Virus record (IMG/VR): IMGVR_UViG_3300029305_001653 | Coordinates: 1-64,000 of that record | Origin: a virus | Taxonomy: Duplodnaviria > Caudoviricetes | Length of the DNA: 64,000 bases | Strand: one strand, 5' to 3' | Shown here: positions 45,473 to 55,372 of the stretch, piece by piece | Layout: every line of letters begins with the position of its first letter | Numbering within the stretch: the first letter of the stretch is position 1 | Notes under the pieces: model-generated | Databases searched by the model: none | What the model was told of the DNA's origin: nothing | The model's input: the letters and a program-made list of their open reading frames with translations, nothing else | Translations under genes and position numbers: made by a program

Positions 45473-46168
45473 ATGCTACTATCTGAATTAGTAGAAGAGA
45501 TTAAAGTCGACTTAGGGTGCGATATAAATTCTTTAGGTATCAGTGATGAGTCTATAGCAAGAAAAGTACATGAAGCACTTAGGAAGATTAGTATATATGC
45601 TCCTTATGTTTGCGTAGAGAACTTTACTGTAGAAGGTAACTCTGTACAATTACCTAAAGATACTACAACTGTAGTCGAAGTACTTAATCTAGATAAACCT
45701 TCTGCTACTAGAGCTAGAGTAGTAGCAGATGACACTGATCTATTCTCTGTGAGTAGGTATTTGTACAACTATAATGATCTTAGTGACCCTTATATCTTCT
45801 TGATGCAAAAGAATGCAGTGAGCACTCTCCAGAATTTTGTAAGACTCACAGATACAAGATTTGAGAAGTCTGAACATAAATTATATCTTAGTAACGTTGA
45901 TGTAAAGAATCTATGTATTAAATATCTCAGGAACTACAGATCAGTAGAAGAAATAGAGGATAATGATGTATTACAGAGAGTGAAAGAGTACGCACTAGCT
46001 TTATGTAAGATAATAGAAGGGAATATCCGTAGAAAATTACAGTCAGCTCCAGGAGCTATTCAGTTAGATGGAGATAGTCTAGTATCTGAAGGCATGGAGG
46101 AGAAACGCAATATAGAGGAAAGACTAGTTTCAGAATTCCAGAACATAAGATTTGGAATTAGATGTTAG
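45473..46168 (+). CDS. Neck/head-completion protein (T4 gp13-like)
   Basis: Position after the capsid gene; VKEYALALCK..G.IRRK..PG..QLDG..L..EG. Confidence 0.75.
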   Translation: MLLSELVEEIKVDLGCDINSLGISDESIARKVHEALRKISIYAPYVCVENFTVEGNSVQLPKDTTTVVEVLNLDKPSATRARVVADDTDLFSVSRYLYNYNDLSDPYIFLMQKNAVSTLQNFVRLTDTRFEKSEHKLYLSNVDVKNLCIKYLRNYRSVEEIEDNDVLQRVKEYALALCKIIEGNIRRKLQSAPGAIQLDGDSLVSEGMEEKRNIEERLVSEFQNIRFGIRC

Positions 46169-46181
46169 GTGAGAGGTACCT

Positions 46182-46673
46182 ATGGAAAGAAGATTAGATG
46201 AAATTACTCGTAAAGATATGATAAGTGATACGGATTCATGGACTAAAGACAAGGCAAAATTAGTCAAGAGAGCTGTATACTTAGGTATTACTGAGGACTA
46301 TACAGCATTCTTCCGAGTACCTTCTGTCACGGCTGATCCTCCTACTACTTACACTGTGAAGATTAAATTATCTGAGTATCCAGATATAGAAGATTCTGAA
46401 GATCTGGATGTTAGAGAGAAAGTCAGATTAGCTATAGCAGGAGACCTACATATTAGTTGTACTTGTCCTGCTTATTTATATTTCGGATATAAGTACATAC
46501 TTACTCAATTAGATGCTAATGAGTCAGAAGATGAGAATAGATTCCCTAAGATTAGGAATCCTAAATTACAAGGAGTCATGTGTAAACACTGTTATACTGC
46601 AATGAATGCGTTCCCTCTAAACTGGTCTTCTATCGCGAGAGATATCTCTAGCAAGAAGTTCCTTAGGAAGTAG
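46182..46673 (+). CDS. SWIM-like zinc-finger protein
   Basis: SCTCPAYLYFGY..P.IRNP..G..CKH. Confidence 0.65.
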   Translation: MERRLDEITRKDMISDTDSWTKDKAKLVKRAVYLGITEDYTAFFRVPSVTADPPTTYTVKIKLSEYPDIEDSEDLDVREKVRLAIAGDLHISCTCPAYLYFGYKYILTQLDANESEDENRFPKIRNPKLQGVMCKHCYTAMNAFPLNWSSIARDISSKKFLRK

Positions 46674-46683
46674 GTGAGTAGTT

Positions 46684-47160
46684 GTGGGGTTACAGATCTC
46701 TAAGAAAGAAGTTCTCTACCATCGTAAGCAGATGTATGAAAATATGAAGGTACATGGAATCTCTGCAGTTATTGATTCTATAAAGGATAGTTATCTTGAT
46801 ACTTATGATTTCTATAATGATATCGTAGGAGAAGAAACTTCTTTTGACAGAACTATTAATACATTTATTACATATGAGGAAGTCCCTAGTATAAGAACTC
46901 TTAAGTCTTTAGGGTGGTATGTGGAGACAGAGGAATTCCCTGTAGTAGCTTACATACCTGTACTTTATATTAGAGAAAGTGGAAAACCTGCAGATTTTAG
47001 ACCTGCAGTTGATGATAAAGTAACTTTGGTGTCTAATCCTATAGATGATAATAGTAGTACAAGAAGTTTCCTTATAAAAGATTTTAAAGGTAATGGATTC
47101 CCTAATACTATATATTATACTGTAAAATTAGTACCTTTCAGAGCTGACAACTATGAGTAA
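46684..47160 (+). CDS. Putative head-closure/neck protein
   Basis: Position; TLKSLGW motif. Confidence 0.5.
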   Translation: MGLQISKKEVLYHRKQMYENMKVHGISAVIDSIKDSYLDTYDFYNDIVGEETSFDRTINTFITYEEVPSIRTLKSLGWYVETEEFPVVAYIPVLYIRESGKPADFRPAVDDKVTLVSNPIDDNSSTRSFLIKDFKGNGFPNTIYYTVKLVPFRADNYE

Positions 47161-47635
47161 TTTTGATATACGTATAAGTATTAAAAAGTTATCGAACTAT
47201 AGTGCATCATTAGATAATACAGAAGATAAAAAGACTTTATTACTGATGATTAAATCATTCTCTTACTATATCTCCAATCTCTATCTACGACTTATAGAAG
47301 AGAGTATTAATTCTAGGAGATATAACGGAGATTGGGAGCCTGTCGAGGACAAAGAGTATAAGAATTATATAGGTACAGTCCCTACTACAGATATCCTATA
47401 CGTAATAGGAGATGCTCTAGAAGTAGTTAAGATAGGTCACAATTTTGTAGTAAGAGTGAGTCCTAAGTACAAGTATCCAGGGACTAATATCCCTCTAATA
47501 AGAGTACTTAGAGCAATAGAGTACGGGACTTCTAAGTTCAATGCTCGTCCTCTCCTAGCGAAGAATTCTCAGCATATTAATCGTAGGATACTAGATTTGT
47601 GGAGAGGTTATTTGATGATGAAGGGAGTGATCTAG
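47153..47635 (+). CDS. Putative neck/tail-completion protein
   Basis: AIEYGTSKFNARPL, resembling the HK97 gp10-like EYGT..PARP motif. Confidence 0.55.
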   Translation: MSNFDIRISIKKLSNYSASLDNTEDKKTLLLMIKSFSYYISNLYLRLIEESINSRRYNGDWEPVEDKEYKNYIGTVPTTDILYVIGDALEVVKIGHNFVVRVSPKYKYPGTNIPLIRVLRAIEYGTSKFNARPLLAKNSQHINRRILDLWRGYLMMKGVI

Positions 47636-47636
47636 T

Positions 47637-48242
47637 ATATCTAACAGTCATACAGATATAGAGAAGTACGATAGAGCTGTTTTCGAGTATCTATCCTCTA
47701 TCTCTAGTAAAGTTGTCTATGCTCCTACACAAGTAGCTATAAGAACTATTACAAAACAAGAGAAGTATTCTGATAAGAAACCTTGGAATTTCATCAGCTT
47801 TTATCGTAGTTCCTCATTTGATATAGACTGGAATAGGATGAATAATCCTGCTACTGTATCAGGTGACTTAGTCAGTATGTCCCTCTTAACTGAACAACTT
47901 AGAGAAGCTAAGTATGTAAGGAATATCCCAGTTAATCTTACTTACAATGTGGAGATATGGGCATCTAAAGAGATAGAAGTACAAAATTTAGCTGTAGCTC
48001 TCATCTCCAAGATTTTCATGCAGGAACAAGTACTATTAGTACCTATAAATCCTGGAGGAGAGGTAGGTAGATTCCATATACTAGATGTATCCTGGAATGA
48101 TAACTCCGACCTAGAAAGAGAAACAGAGATAGGAAGGATATATAGACACACTATAGGATTTACTATAGACGCTAGAATAACTCTAACAGTAGATGTAGAG
48201 ACTGAGAAGTTCCCTATCATCCCTGTAGATATATATGAATGA
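47637..48242 (+). CDS. Putative tail terminator/sheath stabiliser; probable ATA start
   Basis: Frame open for 67 codons upstream of ATG 47838; RBS GGGAGTGA 6 nt before ATA 47637; immediately precedes the sheath region. Confidence 0.55.
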   Translation: MSNSHTDIEKYDRAVFEYLSSISSKVVYAPTQVAIRTITKQEKYSDKKPWNFISFYRSSSFDIDWNRMNNPATVSGDLVSMSLLTEQLREAKYVRNIPVNLTYNVEIWASKEIEVQNLAVALISKIFMQEQVLLVPINPGGEVGRFHILDVSWNDNSDLERETEIGRIYRHTIGFTIDARITLTVDVETEKFPIIPVDIYE

Positions 48243-48277
48243 GTATAAGATACTAATCATCGAAAGGAGGAGTAAGA

Positions 48278-48664
48278 ATGAAGATTAAAAATCTAACTCC
48301 TGTAGTACAACAAGTGAAGATAGTAGAGATTATAGGAGGAAGAGAATTTACTATCTATATTGAAGGTAATGGATGCACTGAATTACAAGGATTCTATCTC
48401 TCAGATACAAATAAATTGAGAGGTATCATTGAAGTAGTCGGAACATCTCCATTTACTCATAGTGAAGAATTCATCAGTGAAGATGACTTTTCTAGTGAAG
48501 AAGAATTAGATCTCAGTGAAGATTCTCCTGAGGAAGAGGAAGTAACTCCTGATGAAGATGATCCCTCTAGTGTAGATAAATTTATCTGTGAAATTTGTGG
48601 AGCAGAATTTGCATCTGCTAGAGGATTAACTTCTCATAGAAGTAGATCTCATATAGAAGAATAA
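48278..48664 (+). CDS. Small acidic protein with C-terminal C2H2 zinc finger
   Basis: FICEICGAEFASARGLTSHRSRSH. Confidence 0.7.
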   Translation: MKIKNLTPVVQQVKIVEIIGGREFTIYIEGNGCTELQGFYLSDTNKLRGIIEVVGTSPFTHSEEFISEDDFSSEEELDLSEDSPEEEEVTPDEDDPSSVDKFICEICGAEFASARGLTSHRSRSHIEE

Positions 48665-48683
48665 TACAAGGAGGGTTATTAAT

Positions 48684-50177
48684 ATGCAAATAGGAGCTTA
48701 TCCAATAGAAAGAGATTACTCTCACTATGTCGCATATGCTGCAAAGACAGTATTTGCTGTAGTAGGTACAGCTACTAAAGGTCCTATCGGAGTAGCGACA
48801 GTATGCACTAGTGCACAGGATCTTGTGAATAAATTCGGTCCTTTACACTCTAAGTGCTATGGACTATATGCAGGACAGTATTTCTTAAGTCAGTCATCTA
48901 AATTATATTTCGTAAGAGCAGCTTCTGAGAGTGCTACAGGATCTACTGTATCAATCTCTGGAGTAGATGCTGAAGGTAAAGAAGTGAGTGCCATCACTCT
49001 GAGCTTCATAGAGTCAGGTACTTACTATGATGGATACACAGTAGTCGTAGGCAAAGGAATTCCTAAAGTCATCGAAGGTGAGTCTATTGACACATACAAG
49101 TTCGCTATTAAGTCTAAAGCAGGTACTACACTAGAGACTATAGATAATATCCTGATAGAAGATATAGGTACTAAGTTCGTATCTAATTATGTCTCTGTAA
49201 CATATATGAATCCTGCTGTAGTAGCTCTAACTGAAGATGTGTACACATTTACTGGAGGAGCAGATGGTATAGAAGATATCTCTGAAGCAGACTATATAAA
49301 TGCTGCTCAAGTACTCGCTTCCGATACTATCGATATGAACTTATTCGCAGTACCTGGAGTTTCTGAAGCTCCTGTAGTAACTGCGATGTTAGCTTTAGCA
49401 GAATCTAGAGGAGACTGTCTCTATTTAGTAGATCCTCCTGCAGGATTGACTAAGGAAGGAGTAGCTCAGTGGCATAATGGTGCAGGAGAGTATCAGCATA
49501 CTGCATTTAATTCTAGTTATGGAGCTCTTTATTATGACTGGATTACTATCTATGATCCTATCAACAAGACAAGAGTGAATGTTCCTCCGAGTGTACTAGT
49601 AGCTGCAAGTTATGCTTATAGTGATCGTATTACTGAAGTGTGGTATGCACCTGCAGGTCTCAATAGAGGAATTATAAGAGGAGCATTAGATTCAGTAACT
49701 AAGTTAGGTAAGACAGACACAGAATACCTCTATACAGGAGACAATAGTATAAATGCTATTTATGATGATCCTCAGGTAGGACTCGTTATATGGGGTCAGA
49801 AGACTTTACTTAGAGCAGATACTGCATTAAATAGAGTAAATGTACGTAGAATGATGAATTACTTGAAGAGAGTCATCACTGCTGCATGTAATTATCTAAC
49901 ATTCGAACCTAATGATAGAGTTACATGGAATAGCTTCACTCTGAAAATATTACCTGTACTTAAGAATATCCAAGCAAAGAGAGGTATCTATGAGTTCAGA
50001 ATTATCAAGGGTGAGACTATTGTCACAGAAGAAGATATCGATAACTACAAGATGCCTTGTATGGTAATGATTAGACCTACGAAGTCTGCGGAGGAAATTC
50101 CGATTTACTTCACGATCACTAGCACAGGTGCTGACTTCAATGAAGTACTTGAAGCTAATGGTATCATTACAGAATAA
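48684..50177 (+). CDS. Tail sheath protein
   Basis: GTATKGP, VPPS, WYAPAGLNRG, IWGQKTL, RVNVRR, FEPND. Confidence 0.95.
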   Translation: MQIGAYPIERDYSHYVAYAAKTVFAVVGTATKGPIGVATVCTSAQDLVNKFGPLHSKCYGLYAGQYFLSQSSKLYFVRAASESATGSTVSISGVDAEGKEVSAITLSFIESGTYYDGYTVVVGKGIPKVIEGESIDTYKFAIKSKAGTTLETIDNILIEDIGTKFVSNYVSVTYMNPAVVALTEDVYTFTGGADGIEDISEADYINAAQVLASDTIDMNLFAVPGVSEAPVVTAMLALAESRGDCLYLVDPPAGLTKEGVAQWHNGAGEYQHTAFNSSYGALYYDWITIYDPINKTRVNVPPSVLVAASYAYSDRITEVWYAPAGLNRGIIRGALDSVTKLGKTDTEYLYTGDNSINAIYDDPQVGLVIWGQKTLLRADTALNRVNVRRMMNYLKRVITAACNYLTFEPNDRVTWNSFTLKILPVLKNIQAKRGIYEFRIIKGETIVTEEDIDNYKMPCMVMIRPTKSAEEIPIYFTITSTGADFNEVLEANGIITE

Positions 50178-50193
50178 TTGAAGGAGGGGTATT

Positions 50194-50739
50194 ATGCCGT
50201 CTAATATAGAATCTTTAGGAGCTTCTCATCTTGCGAGTGCAGGATTCGAAGTACAACGTACTAATAACTTTGAAATCCAGATTGATAATGTTTCTAAAGT
50301 AAGACCTTTAATTCTTGCTGTAGTATCTGGATTCTTACCTAATGAGTCGAATGAAGTTATCTCCTTGAACTATGGTAATACTACTATCACAGTAGCTGGT
50401 AAAGCTAACGCTAATGGTAGTGGTTCTCTCGTAGTAAGAGACTTTGTACAAGAAGATATAGAGCAAGTTATCGACGAATGGAGAAAGACTGTTTACGACA
50501 AAGATACAGATGCTATCGGATTCGCTGCGGATTACAAGAAGCCTGCATATGTTACTCAGTATGCTCCAGATGGATCTCTTCTACGTGTATGGACTCTTGA
50601 AGGTGTCTGGCCATCTGCAGTAGACTATGGTCAGGTAAGTTACGATAGTCCTGGAGTAAAGACTATCAATATCACACTTCAGTATGATAAAGCTACTATT
50701 AATAGAGACAATTATCAGACTGAGAAGGTTACTAGATAA
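50194..50739 (+). CDS. Tail tube protein (T4 gp19-like)
   Basis: Follows the sheath; YKK....QYAPDG....W.LEGVWP, LQYD. Confidence 0.88.
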   Translation: MPSNIESLGASHLASAGFEVQRTNNFEIQIDNVSKVRPLILAVVSGFLPNESNEVISLNYGNTTITVAGKANANGSGSLVVRDFVQEDIEQVIDEWRKTVYDKDTDAIGFAADYKKPAYVTQYAPDGSLLRVWTLEGVWPSAVDYGQVSYDSPGVKTINITLQYDKATINRDNYQTEKVTR

Positions 50740-50795
50740 TCATACTTCCTCTATAATCTCATTCACTATGATGTGTATCGAGATATATAAATTGA

Positions 50796-50828
50796 AAGAA
50801 GCCTTAGGAGATCTCCTAAGGCTTCTTT
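50796..50828 (+). terminator. Terminator after the tail tube gene
   Basis: AAAGAAGCCTTAGGAG/CTCCTAAGGCTTCTTT. Confidence 0.75.
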
Positions 50829-50962
50829 AGTATTATACTAATATCAGATAATGAGGAGTATATTAGAGAAGACTTAATGTCTGAATTCCATCAGAAGATG
50901 TTGTTTAGATATCTCATCTATAGAGGGTGGAGATTGAAGGATATGAAAGAGAGGTATTATCA

Positions 50963-51736
50963 ATGTCAACTAATTATAATTTTACTCAAGAAGTCACATT
51001 ACCATCTCAAGGTTTGCTAAATCCTGAGATACCTGGAGGTGTAGTAGTCCAGAGATGTATGATGGTAGCAGATCAGAAATATCTGTCAGGAGCTAGTCAA
51101 GCTGCGTCATCTTCTATACATCAGCTACTACAGCGTACCATAACTTCTCCTGAGAATATCGATGTATCAGCATTAACATTACCTGATACTCTATATCTAT
51201 TATTCAAATTAAGAATTCTATCTTATGGTAGTGATTACAAGTTCCGTACTAGATGTCCTGAGTGTGGTAAAAAGATAGATATCACAGTTGATTTATCGGA
51301 ATTGCCTGTAGAGATTCTAGATGAAAATTATTTAGATGAGTTAAAAGTAAAATTACCTCACAGAGGAGATACAGTATATACTAAATTACCTACAAATGCT
51401 GATATCGAAGAGATAGATAGAGAGATCAAACGTAGAAAGAGAAGAAATGCTAATGACGAGTCTGAGTATATAGTACGTATCGTGAGATCTATCGAAAAGA
51501 TCGAGCTCGCATCTCCGAACAAAGATGGGAAGAAAGAATTGACAAATCTCGTAGAGATTGAAAGATATGTAGGAGCTCTTACTAACTTAGATGCATCTGT
51601 CATACTATCTACTAGAGAGAATATAAGATTCGGAGTAGTTCCTAGTATTGAATATACTTGTCCTGAATGTAGACAATATATCGATGTAAATATACAGTTC
51701 TCTCCAGAATTTTTTCGTCCTGTCTTTAGCAGGTAA
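50963..51736 (+). CDS. Baseplate-hub/tail assembly chaperone (T4 gp26-like)
   Basis: TLPSQG, D..YLL..LRI.SYG, two CPEC, C-terminal FFRP. Confidence 0.75.
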   Translation: MSTNYNFTQEVTLPSQGLLNPEIPGGVVVQRCMMVADQKYLSGASQAASSSIHQLLQRTITSPENIDVSALTLPDTLYLLFKLRILSYGSDYKFRTRCPECGKKIDITVDLSELPVEILDENYLDELKVKLPHRGDTVYTKLPTNADIEEIDREIKRRKRRNANDESEYIVRIVRSIEKIELASPNKDGKKELTNLVEIERYVGALTNLDASVILSTRENIRFGVVPSIEYTCPECRQYIDVNIQFSPEFFRPVFSR

Positions 51737-51749
51737 TTTAGAGAATATC

Positions 51750-51941
51750 GTGGAATCTTCATTCTATCTGTCTTACTATGCAGGTATACAGCCTTCAGAA
51801 GTAGACAACTTATCTACTTATGAATTCCGTAAATATGTAGAGTTGCTTAACTCTCAGTTAAAATCAGATAGAGAGTATGATGAATCTCTAGCTCAGATGT
51901 ATGGAGGAGCTAGAGGTAGAAAACAAATGAATAATATATAA
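51750..51941 (+). CDS. Small tail-assembly-chaperone extension ORF
   Basis: Between chaperone and tape measure; weak RBS; frame open from 51690. Confidence 0.55.
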   Translation: MESSFYLSYYAGIQPSEVDNLSTYEFRKYVELLNSQLKSDREYDESLAQMYGGARGRKQMNNI

Positions 51942-51980
51942 AGGGAATTAAGATAATTCCACGTATTATAATAATGTAAG
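51942..51980 (+). promoter_or_regulatory. Class-1 promoter, copy 13
   Basis: AGGGAAT-N12-ACGTATTATAATAATGTAAG; leader matches that of copy 3 up to the RBS. Confidence 0.85.
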
Positions 51981-52022
51981 GGTGAAAGAAACACCATAAT
52001 AACTATTAAAGGAGAATGACTT

Positions 52023-52346
52023 ATGAAGAATAAAATATTCACTACTGGCGAGATACTGACTATCAAGACTAATCTTAGAGAAATTGAAAAGAATTTAGGA
52101 GGTCCTATCCCTGGAGGAGTAATTGATGTAGATGATTTGAAAGATCATATATTACGTCCAGGAGAAGTAGTTACAGTATGTAGCAATTTGAGAGCTTTAA
52201 ATAAGAGAGATTCTTCCTATAAAGGTAGTACTCCTTACGGAAGCAAGACTACACCAGGTAGTGCTATAAAAGCTATAATATTCTTACTAGCAGTATCTGG
52301 GATAATATTCATAATAGAGAAAATATTAGGTCTGACTATATTATAA
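52023..52346 (+). CDS. Moron-like membrane protein inserted before the tape measure gene
   Basis: C-terminal TM helix; own promoter. Confidence 0.7.
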   Translation: MKNKIFTTGEILTIKTNLREIEKNLGGPIPGGVIDVDDLKDHILRPGEVVTVCSNLRALNKRDSSYKGSTPYGSKTTPGSAIKAIIFLLAVSGIIFIIEKILGLTIL

Positions 52347-52372
52347 CGCATTAATCGAGGAGGTGATAGCTC

Positions 52373-55351
52373 TTGGCAGTATTAAAAACTGAATTAAATT
52401 GGAGTACTTATCAACAGAAGCAGTTATCTATACTACAAGACTTAGAGAAGTCTTTCGCTAGAAGCTTGAGGATAAGTGAACACTTAGCTACTACTATGAA
52501 TAAAGTAGAGTACTCCATAAAATCTATCGCTATTGCCTCTGAGAATTCTGCGAAGAATATTCAATCTATAACTCAGAAACTTCTTAAAAATTATGAGACT
52601 CTAGAGCAGACTACAGCCTCTTATGAAGCTAAGATGAGAGAGGCAGGAAAGTCCCTAGGAGGATTCAGTGTTCGCATTAATTCAGCTGGGGAAAGTGCTG
52701 AGAGAAGTGGTAGACAGGTAGAACAGGCAGGTGGAAGATTTGCATCTGTCCTTGATAGTACTAGCAATTTATTATCTAACTATTGGGATCATCTAGGAAG
52801 ACTTGAAGGAGTAGGTAGGGAAATAGATAAATTCTCTGACGCTAGTAATCAGATGATTAAGTTATCTGGTATGTCCGGAGATATAGTAAGAGAGTTCCGA
52901 GGAGAGATAATGAGCACAGTAGCAGAGCTGAACGTAGCTACAGGTTCAGCTTTCAGTCCTCAGGAATCCTACGGACAGATCATATCTATTTTCCAAGGAG
53001 TAACTAGTAATCTAGATGCTATCGAAGAGATGGCGAAGCCTATGCTCCTCACTCAAGAAACACTAGACGTTAATATTAATACAGTAGCAGATATCTTTAA
53101 TAAATTCTATACTAGATATAATTTCTCCTCTATGCATATGGAAGATGCGTTAGACGAGATTAGAGGTAATACTGCAGGTAATTCAGCTAATGCTGAAGCT
53201 ACGCTAGAGAATCTGAAGACTCTAGAACATTGGATTAACAATTATGCTGGAGACAATAATGAACTTAGAGAGGAACTGATAGAACGTACTTCACACTTTA
53301 CTTCATGGTTAGAGAGTATGAATATGGACTCAGGTCCTTTTGCTGCATATATGAAGAATGTAGCAGATAGTGTCTCTAATGTAAGCCAAGACGGGTTACA
53401 ATTGATACTCAGTAGAGTAGGTATAGGAGCTTTAGAAGCTCAGAACTTAGCTAGATCTGGAGAGTATGAATATCTAACATCTAATATAGTAGAAGGTATC
53501 TACGCAGTCATGTCAGATTTTGACAGTAATAGAGATGGTAGATTCGGAGAAGGAGAAGCAGTTAATCTAAGTAAGATGCTAGAGAATTACGGTATAAGTA
53601 TGGATCTAGCTATGGAAGTATGGAATCTGAAGAATTCTGATGGATGGACTTCATTAGAAGATTTCATAGAGAAAAATTCTGATAAATCTTCAGCAGAAGA
53701 GTTAGTAGCAGATAAATATGTATCTATGGCTAATAAGACTAATCATTGGTTAGAGCAGATATACGCAGTAACTGCTAGTATCCAAGAACTTCTCCCATTC
53801 GGCTTCTCTGATATAGCATTAGCTATCGCTCTACTAGGAGGTACAGGATCAGGTGGAGGTCTCGGAGGTAGAGCTGTATCAGGTATGAGAAGTATAGGCA
53901 TGCAGAGTATGTATAGAGGTATTTTCTCTACTCCTAGAAGTCTAGGAGGAGTTACTCAAGGTCTATCTAGAGTAGCAGGTATCGGAGGAGGTATCGGAGG
54001 AGCTGCTATGCTCGGAGGAGGAGTAGTAGCAGGAGGAGCTCTAGCTTTCGACGGATTCTCTGACATGGTAGATACAGGAAATAGTACAGGTACTAGAGTA
54101 TTAGGAGGACTTGAAGGAGGACTCGGAGTAGCTGGTGCAGGTACTCTACTAGCTGCAGGTGTTACGAATCCTGTAGGATGGGCTCTACTAGCAGCAGGAG
54201 GATTAGCTGCATTAGGTAAGGTTGCTTACGAGAATGCTACAGCTCTTGGAGGAAATGCTCAAGCTGCAGTAGATGAATTAGCTAAGATAGAAAAAAGTCT
54301 ACAAGAAGAGAATCAACAAAGATTCACTGATATCCTAGATCTTTCTTATAATTTCAATAAAGAAACAGATATAGAAAAACAGAGACAATTACTCCTAGAA
54401 GCAGGCATAGCGGAAGAAGAAGAATTACGTAGCATGCAGAAAGATCAGATGAGTAATCTTATAAAAGAGTATCAATCTGCGGCTTCTGCTATGACTACTA
54501 TCACAGATAATATTCTAGGAGAAGCTGAAAGATATACTACTGAGAAACATAAAGAACAGCAGAGTAAGTTTTTACAGATGGTAGAGCAGCAGGCAGATAC
54601 TCCTGAAGAGAGACTACAGTTCCTCAATATGATCAAATCTTCGGTTACTGACGAAGATACTCGTAACAAGATAGATAAAGTAGTGGAGAGAGGATGGATC
54701 TCAGATGATCAATGGAATGATATCCTCATGGGAGGACAGAACTGGCTTTGGGATAAGCATCATCTAGGGAATACTACTATCAATGCCACAGATATGAATA
54801 GAGCTGCTACATATTTAGGAGGAGAAGCTAATTACAGCAATTTCGACGAAATAGATGAAGCAACTGAATTATGGAATAAATATCAGGAAGCGATTATATA
54901 TAAAAATAGAAAATCAGCTGATGAGATATGGAAAGAGATATTAGATAAGGATTACGATGATGAAGTAGCAGAGATGTTCGGAGCAACTGGTCCTGAACAT
55001 TTACATCTCCCTGCATATAGACAAGGTACTAATTACATCACAAAAGATCATATAGCTCTTCTCCATGAAGGAGAGGCTGTAGTACCTAAGAAGTATAATC
55101 CTGCAGTAAATAGTAAAGAATTACAATACTTAACTGAATATTTGACAAGAGAGCAAGAAAATACTCAGAGAGAGTATCAAGAGAGTAAAGAGTACTTAAT
55201 ATCCTTTATAGAAGAGATGAGAGAGATAAGGATGTTCTTATCTCTATGGAAAGAAGAGAATAATCTGAAAGAGAGATTATCGAGTGCACACTCAAAACAT
55301 AATGATATAAATAAAGTACTCTTAAGACAGTATTTAAGTATGAATACTTGA
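52373..55351 (+). CDS. Tape measure protein
   Basis: 992 aa, helical, Gly/Ala-rich hydrophobic middle; C-terminal GTNY....ALLHEGEAVVP. Confidence 0.85.
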   Translation: MAVLKTELNWSTYQQKQLSILQDLEKSFARSLRISEHLATTMNKVEYSIKSIAIASENSAKNIQSITQKLLKNYETLEQTTASYEAKMREAGKSLGGFSVRINSAGESAERSGRQVEQAGGRFASVLDSTSNLLSNYWDHLGRLEGVGREIDKFSDASNQMIKLSGMSGDIVREFRGEIMSTVAELNVATGSAFSPQESYGQIISIFQGVTSNLDAIEEMAKPMLLTQETLDVNINTVADIFNKFYTRYNFSSMHMEDALDEIRGNTAGNSANAEATLENLKTLEHWINNYAGDNNELREELIERTSHFTSWLESMNMDSGPFAAYMKNVADSVSNVSQDGLQLILSRVGIGALEAQNLARSGEYEYLTSNIVEGIYAVMSDFDSNRDGRFGEGEAVNLSKMLENYGISMDLAMEVWNLKNSDGWTSLEDFIEKNSDKSSAEELVADKYVSMANKTNHWLEQIYAVTASIQELLPFGFSDIALAIALLGGTGSGGGLGGRAVSGMRSIGMQSMYRGIFSTPRSLGGVTQGLSRVAGIGGGIGGAAMLGGGVVAGGALAFDGFSDMVDTGNSTGTRVLGGLEGGLGVAGAGTLLAAGVTNPVGWALLAAGGLAALGKVAYENATALGGNAQAAVDELAKIEKSLQEENQQRFTDILDLSYNFNKETDIEKQRQLLLEAGIAEEEELRSMQKDQMSNLIKEYQSAASAMTTITDNILGEAERYTTEKHKEQQSKFLQMVEQQADTPEERLQFLNMIKSSVTDEDTRNKIDKVVERGWISDDQWNDILMGGQNWLWDKHHLGNTTINATDMNRAATYLGGEANYSNFDEIDEATELWNKYQEAIIYKNRKSADEIWKEILDKDYDDEVAEMFGATGPEHLHLPAYRQGTNYITKDHIALLHEGEAVVPKKYNPAVNSKELQYLTEYLTREQENTQREYQESKEYLISFIEEMREIRMFLSLWKEENNLKERLSSAHSKHNDINKVLLRQYLSMNT

Positions 55352-55372
55352 TAGAATTGAGGTGAGACTAAA

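Noticed and set aside
7341-51980. Repeated ~40-bp motif as a CRISPR array or integron attC sites
   Set aside because: Copies are kilobases apart, always directly upstream of an RBS/gene or the tRNA operon, with promoter-like bipartite spacing; no cas or integrase gene in the window
53522-53557. EF-hand-like loop DSNRDGRFGEGE in the tape measure
   Set aside because: Single unpaired match with atypical positions 8-9; likely chance
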